Below, in pieces: positions 1 to 7,073 of a stretch of 14,420 bases of DNA; position 1 is the stretch's first letter; each line of letters begins with the position of its first letter. The position numbers and the translations under genes are program-made. Source of the DNA: Archangiaceae bacterium (lineage in GTDB: Bacteria; Myxococcota; Myxococcia; Myxococcales; Myxococcaceae); contig JAYVCD010000439.1 in the NCBI GenBank assembly GCA_043750125.1, positions 1 to 14,420 on the forward strand. The letters run 5' to 3'. The notes under the pieces were generated by a model, which did not search any database, was not told the origin of the DNA, and saw only the letters and a program-made list of their open reading frames with translations.

Positions 1-96
1 AACGAAAGCCGTGTGCGGGAAATCCGCATGCACGGTTTGACTGGAGGTGGGGGAACCCGGATCGCGTGAGCGAAACCGGCGCCCCCATCCACCTAT
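1..96 (+). mobile_element. 3' end of a group II intron (domains V and VI); the rest, including any RT/maturase ORF, lies upstream of the window
   Basis: D5 at 6-38, AAGCCGTGTGCGGGAAATCCGCATGCACGGTTT: AGC catalytic triad at 7-9, lower stem 6-14/30-38, 2-nt bulge AT at 28-29, upper stem GCGG/CCGC with a GAAA-containing loop. D6 at about 43-93: GGTGGGGG (46-53) pairs with CCCCCATC (82-89), inner CCGG/CCGG stem and TCGC-GTGA-GCGA GNRA hairpin, candidate branch A91, terminal AY (AT, 95-96). The exact 3' splice site (96 or 97) is uncertain. Confidence 0.93.
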
Positions 97-835
97 GAAT
101 TCCCGCCTCGCCCTGCTGCTCGTCCTTGCTTCGCTGGTCGCTCACGCCCGCTCGAAGAAGGGCCCCAGCCCCGACAAGCACGACGCTCCGGCGACAGTGA
201 TTCTCAACGACCAGAAGACCTCGGTCGTCTGGACCGACGGCGACAGCTTCAGCATCAAGGAAGGCCCGTACAAAGGTCACGGCACCCGGCTGCAGCGCTA
301 CAACACCCTCGAGGCCTTCGGGCCGGTGCATTCCTGGGGCACCTGGACCCCGCGTGAGCTCTACGACATCGCCAAGGCCAGCTCGGGCGTCGCCGCGAGC
401 CAGGAATGGAAATGCACCACCGACGGGAAGCTCGATGGCTACAAGCGGCTGTTGATCGACTGCCCCGAGGCCGCGAAAGAGCTCGTCCGGCAGGGCCACG
501 CGCTGGTCTACGCCGTCGAGGGAAACAAGCCCGACCCCGAGCTGCTGATCCTTCAAAAAGAGGCTCAGAAGAACAAGGTCGGAATGTGGGAAAAAGGAGT
601 CGTCAGTGGCGTCGTCACCAGCGTCCATTCCCTGGGCGAAGACAGCGAGAAGGCCGAAGCCGAGTCCTACAACCGGGTCGTCGACACCCGCACCGGCGAG
701 GCCTTTGCTCGCAAACACAAGAACGCCTACGAGTCTTGCCAGACTGTCTGTGAAAAGACCGACGCCGACCAGTCGTGCATGATCTACGTGCCGTTCAAGC
801 ACCGCTACCGGGCCAAGCCCGACTGCCTGCGGTAG
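95..835 (+). CDS. Secreted thermonuclease (SNase-like) family protein with a Cys-containing C-terminal extension
   Basis: Signal peptide MNSRLALLLVLASLVAHA; SNase motifs DGDS (DGDT), RLQRYNTLE (RLxxIDAPE), DGYKRLL (DxYGRxL), LVRQGHA, EAQKNKVGMW. Start moved from GTG47, which lies in intron D6, to ATG95. Confidence 0.82.
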   Translation: MNSRLALLLVLASLVAHARSKKGPSPDKHDAPATVILNDQKTSVVWTDGDSFSIKEGPYKGHGTRLQRYNTLEAFGPVHSWGTWTPRELYDIAKASSGVAASQEWKCTTDGKLDGYKRLLIDCPEAAKELVRQGHALVYAVEGNKPDPELLILQKEAQKNKVGMWEKGVVSGVVTSVHSLGEDSEKAEAESYNRVVDTRTGEAFARKHKNAYESCQTVCEKTDADQSCMIYVPFKHRYRAKPDCLR

Positions 836-904
836 GCCCCGGCAGTGCATTGAGCCCTCAGGATCCGTTGCCGATGCGGGTGGGCTGCATTAACCACCTG
901 CTCC

Positions 905-2761
905 ATGACTCCCAACCCTGCTGAGCCCACCGGCTACGTGCCTGCCCGGCCCCCCGCGCCTCCCAGGAAGCGCAACTGGGTGCTGTGGGCGGTGATCGGC
1001 GCTCCGCTGCTCGGGTGCTTGTTCTTCAGCGTGATTATGGCGGTCGCCGGTCGAGAGGCCGCGGTCCCCTCGAAAGCCGTGCTGAAGATGACGCTCAGCG
1101 GGCCGATTCCGGAACGCAATGCCGACGAAGGCCTGGCCGAGATTTTCGGCAAGACGCCGCTGACCCTTCGCGACCACCTCGACAACCTGAAGAAGGCCGC
1201 GGCCGACAAGCGAATCAAAGGCGTGGTGCTGCGGCTCGAGATGCCGATGATCGGCTGGGCGAAGACCGAAGAGCTTCGAGACGCGCTCAACCAGTTCAAG
1301 AAGTCGGGCAAGTTCGTGATCGCCTATTCCGAATACCTCGACGAGAAGACCTACGCGCTGGCGCTGAGCGCCGACGAAGTGCTGATGGCGCCCGACAGCT
1401 TCTTCGAGTTCAACGGTCTGTCTTCAGACGTAATCCACTACCCGGGGCTGCTCGAGAAGCTCGGGGTGCAAGTGCAATATTTTCGTTACGGAAAGTACAA
1501 GTCTGTCTCCGGTGAGTCGTTTGGCCGCAAGGCGCTGACCGAGCCGGTGAAAGAAATGATCAATTTCACCCTCGACACCCAGTTCGCCTTGTTTGTCGAT
1601 GCCGTCGCTGCCGCCCGCAAGCTGACCACCGATGAAGTGAAGGCATTGATTGCCGCGCCCGGGCTGCACGCCGAATGGGCGCTGCAGAAAAAGCTGATCG
1701 ACGGCATTTCGTACTGGGATGAGGTCGAGGCGAAGATCAAAAAACGGATGAACCTGGGTGAGAAAGACAAGCTGGGGTTCGTCAGCGCGCACAACTATCG
1801 CAACGTCAGTGATTCAGAGGCAGGCCTCGAAGAGGGCAAGCACACCTTCGCGCTCATCTATTCGCAGGGGCTCGTCGTGGCAGGGAAGGGAGGAATTGAC
1901 CCCTTCAGCGGCGACGACTCGCAGGGCTCGACCCCAATCATCGAAGCGATGCGCAAGGCCGCCGCTGACGACAAGGTGAAGGCGATCATCTTCCGGGTCG
2001 ATTCTCCGGGCGGAGCCGGCCTCGGCTGCGACCTCGTGCGTCGGGAAGTCGAGCGGCTGCGGCAGAAGAAGCCGATCATCGTCTCGATGAGCGACATGGC
2101 GGCCAGCGGCGGTTACTGGGTCTCAATGGACGCGACCGCGATCGTCGCGCAGCCCTCGACCTACACCGGGAGCATCGGAATCTGGAGCGTGGTTCCCAAC
2201 TTGAAGCAGACCTACGAAAAGCTGGACCTCAACCCCGAGGTCTTCAATCGCGGGGCGCACGCCGATGCGCTCAACGGCTCGCGCCCGATGAGCGAAGAAG
2301 AGGCGAAGGTCTTCGATGTCGCCCTCAAGTCGTCCTACGACCGGTTCGTCGACCTCGCCGCCAAGGGCCGAAAGAAGTCGCACGAGCAGATGGAAGAGGT
2401 CGCGCAGGGCCGCACCTGGCTGGGCAAGGTTGCGGTGGAGAACGGGTTGATCGACAAGCTGGGCGGCTTCGAGGCGGCGATCGCCCTGGGGAAAGAGAAG
2501 GCCAATCTGCCCGCGGGCGACTCGGTGAAGCTGGTTCCGTTCGAGAAGAAGAAGTCGATCTTGCAGCAGCTGTTGAGCAAGGACGAAGAGGACGATCTCG
2601 CCGGTCAGGCGGTGAACGGGGTCATCGCCCACGCGATGGAAGTCTCAGGGCTTCGGGCGGTGATCGCCCCCGCCTCTGGCCTGAGCACGGTGGCCCGGCA
2701 GCTGTTGCTCAAGCGCGAGACCCTGTTCCCGATGGCCGAGTACCAACTCGACGTTCACTGA
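905..2761 (+). CDS. sppA: Signal peptide peptidase SppA, long two-domain (67K) type, peptidase S49
   Basis: N-terminal TM segment; KKAAADKRIKGVVL; GKYKS (catalytic Lys); RVDSPGG; MAASGGYW (catalytic Ser); TGSIGI; VAQGRTWLG; GLIDKLGG. Confidence 0.95.
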   Translation: MTPNPAEPTGYVPARPPAPPRKRNWVLWAVIGAPLLGCLFFSVIMAVAGREAAVPSKAVLKMTLSGPIPERNADEGLAEIFGKTPLTLRDHLDNLKKAAADKRIKGVVLRLEMPMIGWAKTEELRDALNQFKKSGKFVIAYSEYLDEKTYALALSADEVLMAPDSFFEFNGLSSDVIHYPGLLEKLGVQVQYFRYGKYKSVSGESFGRKALTEPVKEMINFTLDTQFALFVDAVAAARKLTTDEVKALIAAPGLHAEWALQKKLIDGISYWDEVEAKIKKRMNLGEKDKLGFVSAHNYRNVSDSEAGLEEGKHTFALIYSQGLVVAGKGGIDPFSGDDSQGSTPIIEAMRKAAADDKVKAIIFRVDSPGGAGLGCDLVRREVERLRQKKPIIVSMSDMAASGGYWVSMDATAIVAQPSTYTGSIGIWSVVPNLKQTYEKLDLNPEVFNRGAHADALNGSRPMSEEEAKVFDVALKSSYDRFVDLAAKGRKKSHEQMEEVAQGRTWLGKVAVENGLIDKLGGFEAAIALGKEKANLPAGDSVKLVPFEKKKSILQQLLSKDEEDDLAGQAVNGVIAHAMEVSGLRAVIAPASGLSTVARQLLLKRETLFPMAEYQLDVH

Positions 2762-2773
2762 AAAGAACGCCGC

Positions 2774-3304
2774 CTACTTCAGCTCGCGCGCCAACTGCTC
2801 GAGCTGATTTCGCAGCGACCCGTCGTACACCACGCTGCCCACCTGCGCGGTCAGCCCACCCAGCAGCCGTTTGTCGACCTTCGCCTCGAGCAGCACGTCG
2901 CGCTGGGTCAGCTTCTGCAGCGAGTCTTCCAGCGACTTCAGCTGCCCCGCGTCGAGCACGGTCGCGCTGGTGACCTTCCCCCGCACCCGCCCCATGCGCA
3001 CGTCGACCAGCTCGCGGTAGACGCGAACGATGTCTCCCACCTGGCCCAGCCGGTTGCGGTCATTGAGCAGCCGCAACGTGTTGGCGAGCGCCAGGTTCAA
3101 AGGCTTCGCCGTCAACAGGCCTTCGAGCACCGCCTGGCGCTGCGCCCGGGTGTAGGCGGGGTTGCTGATCACGTCGTTGAGCTCGGGGCTCGAGTCCAGC
3201 GTGAGCACGAATTGTTGCAGCTCGGCGAGCACCTGGTCGGCGGCAGGCCCCGAGGCGTCGAGGAGTGCACGGGCATAGCGGCGGGCGATGGAGACATTGA
3301 CCAT
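2774..3304 (-). CDS. atpH: ATP synthase F1 subunit delta
   Basis: IARRYARAL N-terminus, VISNP, LRLLNDRNRL, VTSA, KVDKRLLGGLTAQVGSVVYDGSLRNQL C-terminal delta/OSCP signature; 176 aa. Confidence 0.96.
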   Translation of the reverse strand: MVNVSIARRYARALLDASGPAADQVLAELQQFVLTLDSSPELNDVISNPAYTRAQRQAVLEGLLTAKPLNLALANTLRLLNDRNRLGQVGDIVRVYRELVDVRMGRVRGKVTSATVLDAGQLKSLEDSLQKLTQRDVLLEAKVDKRLLGGLTAQVGSVVYDGSLRNQLEQLARELK

Positions 3305-3314
3305 TTCGCCGCGC

Positions 3315-3342
3315 GGCGTAACACGGCGTCCGGGAACGTCAA
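3315..3342 (-). promoter_or_regulatory. Putative sigma70-type promoter for atpH
   Basis: On the minus strand TTGACG (-35, 3342-3337), 16-nt spacer ending TGT, then TACGCC (extended -10-like, 3320-3315), 10 nt before the ATG. No Shine-Dalgarno is visible. Confidence 0.5.
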
Positions 3343-3387
3343 AGAGAGAGTGGGGACCCCTTTTTTCTGCTTGTCTGCCCCCCTCAA

Positions 3388-5199
3388 ATGGAACCCGTCA
3401 TCGGCATCGACCTCGGCACGACGTACAGCGCCGTCGCAACCGTCGAAGCAGGCAAGCCGGTCTTGATTGCGTCTCGCTCGGGCGCGCGGCTGACTCCTTC
3501 GATCATCGGCTTCACCGGGTTGGGAGACCGGGTCGCCGGCGAGCAGGCGCGGATGCTGGGAGACGAGGCGCCCGACCGCGTCGCACCGGCGACCAAGCGC
3601 TACATCGGCAAGCGCTGGAGCCCCGCGCTTGCGGCCAGCGCCAGGTCGGTGGTGCCCTACGCGTTGATCGCCGGGCCCAACGGAGAAGTGCGAATCAAGG
3701 TCGCCGGCCGGACGCTGCCGCTGACGCAGATCGCCGCGATGCTGCTGGGCGAACTGAAGCTCGACGCCGAAGCCCACTTCGGAGTGCCGGTTCAAAAGGC
3801 GGTCATCACCGTCCCCGCCAACTTCGACGACGGGCAGCGGTTTGCGACCCGGGAAGCCGCGCGCATCGCCGGCCTCGACGTGCTGCGCATCATCAATGAA
3901 CCCACCGCGGCGGCCGTCGCCTACGGCTTCACCGACAGCTTCCAGGGCCGGGCGTTGGTGTTCGATCTGGGCGGTGGCACCTTCGACGTGAGCATTCTCG
4001 AAGTCGAGAACGGGGTCTTCGAAGTCAAGGCGTCGGGAGGAGACCCCCAGTTGGGCGGCGACGACTTCGACAACCGCATCGTCGAATGGCTGCTGGCCCA
4101 GCTGCCCGAGGGAATTCGTCAGGCGGCCGGCAAAGACCGGGTCTCGATGCAGCGGCTGCGACACACCGCCGAGCGCGCGAAGCGCACGCTCACCGAGAAA
4201 GCCGAGGCCTTCATCTCGGTCGCAGACCTGGGCGATCATTCGACCGCGACCGCGAACCGGTACGCGCAGCTCGACACCGCGCTCACCCGCGATTTCTTCG
4301 AAGCGCTGGCCGACCCGCTGACCCGTCGCTGCATCGAGGTCTGCAGCAAGGTGATGGAACAGGCGCACGTCACTCCGAAGAGCATCGACGCGGTGATGCT
4401 CGTCGGAGGAATGACCCGGGTGCCGCTGGTGCGAAAGTTGGTGCTCGACCTGTTTGGCAAGGACCCCGTCGCCGGCGTCAACCCCGACGAAGTGGTCGCG
4501 CTCGGCGCCGCGGTGCACGCCGCCGAGCTGTCGCGTCAGCAAGGGGCCGCGCTGCTGATCGACGTGGCCACCCACACCCTGTCGATCGGCACCCTCGGCG
4601 GCGGAGTGCGCAAGCTGCTCGCGAAGAACACTCCGGTTCCCGCGAGCGCGAAAGAGATTTTTCTACCCGCCCGCAGCGGTCAGACCGACGCGCGAATGCA
4701 GATTTTCCAGGGCGACAGCGACAGCGCGGTCGACTGCACCAAGCTGGGCGAAGTGGTGCTCACCGACCTTCACGTCGAGCGCCGGGGCGATGTTCCGATC
4801 GAAGTCACCTTCGAGCTGTCGGCGGAAGGCACGCTGTCGGTGCGCGCGGTCGACACCACCACCGGCATGGGCGAAGCGCTGCGCATCGACGCGCGCACCA
4901 CGCTCTCTGTCGCTGAAGTCGACCGGCTTCAGGCCGAGCAGCAGAAGTACGCCACCGAGCAGGGTGAGCGCGACAAGCACCTGGCCGTCACTGCGTTTCC
5001 GCAAATCCTCGACAAGGCCGAGAAGCTCGCCCGCCTGCTCGAGCGCAGCGCTTTGGAAAACCCGGGCCCGGAAGCCGAAGGAGTCGTCGGCGAAGTGCGC
5101 GCCCTGCTCGCCCGCGGCCAGGCGGCGCTCAAGGGGTCCAACACCACCGCGATGGCCGACGTGGCCCGCACGCTCGAGAAGTTGTTCTCGGTGGTCTGA
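3388..5199 (+). CDS. Hsp70/DnaK-family protein (divergent paralog, probably not the housekeeping DnaK)
   Basis: [76 protein letters not shown]; divergent substrate-binding domain. Confidence 0.95.
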   Translation: MEPVIGIDLGTTYSAVATVEAGKPVLIASRSGARLTPSIIGFTGLGDRVAGEQARMLGDEAPDRVAPATKRYIGKRWSPALAASARSVVPYALIAGPNGEVRIKVAGRTLPLTQIAAMLLGELKLDAEAHFGVPVQKAVITVPANFDDGQRFATREAARIAGLDVLRIINEPTAAAVAYGFTDSFQGRALVFDLGGGTFDVSILEVENGVFEVKASGGDPQLGGDDFDNRIVEWLLAQLPEGIRQAAGKDRVSMQRLRHTAERAKRTLTEKAEAFISVADLGDHSTATANRYAQLDTALTRDFFEALADPLTRRCIEVCSKVMEQAHVTPKSIDAVMLVGGMTRVPLVRKLVLDLFGKDPVAGVNPDEVVALGAAVHAAELSRQQGAALLIDVATHTLSIGTLGGGVRKLLAKNTPVPASAKEIFLPARSGQTDARMQIFQGDSDSAVDCTKLGEVVLTDLHVERRGDVPIEVTFELSAEGTLSVRAVDTTTGMGEALRIDARTTLSVAEVDRLQAEQQKYATEQGERDKHLAVTAFPQILDKAEKLARLLERSALENPGPEAEGVVGEVRALLARGQAALKGSNTTAMADVARTLEKLFSVV

Positions 5200-5207
5200 A
5201 GTCTTCC

Positions 5208-5732
5208 TCAACCACCGCGCCTGGCCAGCGGCGCGGTGTGCAGCAGCGTCACCGGGGGGCGGTCCAGCCGGCAGACACACAGCGCGTCGAGCGTGAACCG
5301 CCCCGGGACCCGCACCGCGAGCAGCGTGCGCGCGTCGGCCGCGCTGACCGGTGAGCGGGTGCGCAGGGTGCAGTGCGGTTGAAAGGCGTGCGGGCTGTCG
5401 TGAAACCGGATGCCCGACGCAGCGACCCGCTGGTGCAGCGTTCGAAACGGAGCCTCGTTCTCGAGCGTCAGCGCGAACACGTCTGTATTCGGAAAGCGAA
5501 CCACCCGCCCAAAGGCAGTCTCGATCGGAGCGGTGTCTTCGGCGATCCGGTCGATGATCGCGTACGCCTCGACCAGGCTTTGCGAGGCGTCGAGCAGGCC
5601 CACTCCGTTCGAGCCGGCGATGGTGATTTCCGCCGGCAGCGAGGCGAAGAAGGTGTCCTTTTGCGAGCGCCGAACATCAATCACCCGGTCACAGAACGGC
5701 GGGGGGATGTTGAGCACGAAGTAGATGTTCAT
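5208..5732 (-). CDS. 2H phosphoesterase / 2'-5' RNA ligase-family protein with a degenerate first motif
   Basis: 174 aa; second motif FQPHCTL is intact; the first-motif position reads PAEITI; RFPNTDVF and the ending FTLDALCV fit the LigT-like layout. Confidence 0.75.
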   Translation of the reverse strand: MNIYFVLNIPPPFCDRVIDVRRSQKDTFFASLPAEITIAGSNGVGLLDASQSLVEAYAIIDRIAEDTAPIETAFGRVVRFPNTDVFALTLENEAPFRTLHQRVAASGIRFHDSPHAFQPHCTLRTRSPVSAADARTLLAVRVPGRFTLDALCVCRLDRPPVTLLHTAPLARRGG

Positions 5733-5783
5733 TTCTAAAGCTGAAGCTTCATTCCGTCGTGGCTCGCCTTGAACCCCAGGCGT

Positions 5784-6860
5784 TCAGTCTCCGATGAGGT
5801 CACACCCCGACTCGAACCCGGTGGCATCGAATTCCCGCGTCATGCTTCCCACCGCAGCGGCCGTCTCTCCCGCCGCAGTCCACCGCGCGATGAGCTTGAG
5901 CTCGTGGCGGCCGTTGCGCTTGGGCGAGCAGTACTCGAGCAGGTAGAAACGGTTGGCGAGCCCGGCGACCTTTTCTGCGATGCGCGAGAAGGCCAGGGCC
6001 AATTCGGCGGGCGCGTTCGCCGGGTAGTAGCCGTCTTTCCCGTAGCTCTCGAGCGCGCCGCGATCGACTTCGGTGCCGAGGCCGACCGTGAAGATGTGCA
6101 CCGGGCTTGCCCGCACCCGCGCCAACACGCTGACGCTGCTCTCGCGGGCCGCCTGGTCGGTGCCATCGGTAAAGACGATCAGCGACGCGTCTTTGAACGC
6201 CACGTCTTTCTGCGCCGAGCTCTGCGCCTGGAGCAGGTCGATCGCCTGGATCAACGCTCCGTTGAGGTTGGTGCTGTCGTCGACGCAGCGGTACGCCGCG
6301 CAGGTCTTCGCTTCGGGGTTCCCAGCGCACTGCGCGTTCGATTCGCACTGCCGATCTTCCAGCGACTTGAGCCCGTCGAGCAGCGCGGTCTTCTCACCGG
6401 TAAACCCGACCACCTGCTGCGGAACCACCCGGCCATCGAAGGTGTAGATCGCCACCCGCTGGCCGTCGGTCGCCCGCGCCAGCACGGTCTCGATGTATTT
6501 GGTCGCCGCGCCGCGCACCACCGGCCAACTGTTCGAGCGCAAGATGCTTCCGGAAAAGTCGAGCAGCAGCAGCGAATCCATCTGGTAGCGCTGGCCTTTG
6601 GGCTGAACCGTGCGCCGGCTCTCGTAGGGGCTGACCGCGTTTCCGTCTTCGAGGATTTCGAAGTTGTCGCCGGTCAGCCCGCTCACCGGTTGACCTCCAC
6701 AGGTGTCGACGCTGAAGAAGGCCGAGACCTTCCCCGGCCGGGTGGTGGTCACTGCCTCTGCACCGGGTTGAGAGAATTGAAGGCAGTTGGGCAGGTCGGA
6801 AAACTGGGGGCCACAGCCAACAACGAGGAGCAACAGGCCTGCTGCGCGCGTGTAGGTCAT
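5784..6860 (-). CDS. VWA-domain lipoprotein
   Basis: Lipobox LLLLVVG-C; MIDAS elements LLLDFSGS, TNLNGAL, IVFTDG; VSGLTGDNFEILEDG pre-VWA segment; YLLEYCSPKRNGRHEL C-terminal domain. Confidence 0.85.
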   Translation of the reverse strand: MTYTRAAGLLLLVVGCGPQFSDLPNCLQFSQPGAEAVTTTRPGKVSAFFSVDTCGGQPVSGLTGDNFEILEDGNAVSPYESRRTVQPKGQRYQMDSLLLLDFSGSILRSNSWPVVRGAATKYIETVLARATDGQRVAIYTFDGRVVPQQVVGFTGEKTALLDGLKSLEDRQCESNAQCAGNPEAKTCAAYRCVDDSTNLNGALIQAIDLLQAQSSAQKDVAFKDASLIVFTDGTDQAARESSVSVLARVRASPVHIFTVGLGTEVDRGALESYGKDGYYPANAPAELALAFSRIAEKVAGLANRFYLLEYCSPKRNGRHELKLIARWTAAGETAAAVGSMTREFDATGFESGCDLIGD

Positions 6861-7073
6861 TGTGGGGCAGACGGTATTCCTCCTCTGGACCTCCGCAATT
6901 TTCTGGCGGTAGATCGGCGAGGCTTTTCAAGATCGATTTGCGGTTCAAATACAGATGTCAACGTTCGCACGACGGGTTAATCAGACCGCGCCAGTCCGTC
7001 GCAGGTTCTCGGGGCCTCCCTGTCTGATTGCATGGGGAGTGAGAGCCCGATGGCTGCAAAGGGGAGGTGGGTC

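Noticed and set aside
47-94. 16-codon N-terminal extension of the nuclease from GTG47
   Set aside because: It lies within intron domain VI; the signal peptide starts at ATG95.
3169-4575. 468-aa ORF antisense to Hsp70
   Set aside because: Long antisense frames opposite hsp70/dnaK genes are a known artefact, often mislabelled NAD-specific glutamate dehydrogenase.
5208-5732. 2H protein acting as a debranching partner for the intron lariat
   Set aside because: It is 5 kb away across unrelated genes and has a degenerate first motif; no evidence of linkage.
5742-5782. TGAAGCTTCA palindrome and CGCCT/AGGCG stem between the VWA and 2H genes
   Set aside because: Too short to distinguish from chance; no U-tract.
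3388-6860. Hsp70 + 2H + VWA as a conflict or defence module
   Set aside because: Hsp70 is convergent with the other two, the VWA protein is an exported lipoprotein, and no MoxR ATPase, kinase or effector is present.
5769-6980. 403-aa plus-strand ORF
   Set aside because: Antisense shadow of the VWA lipoprotein gene.
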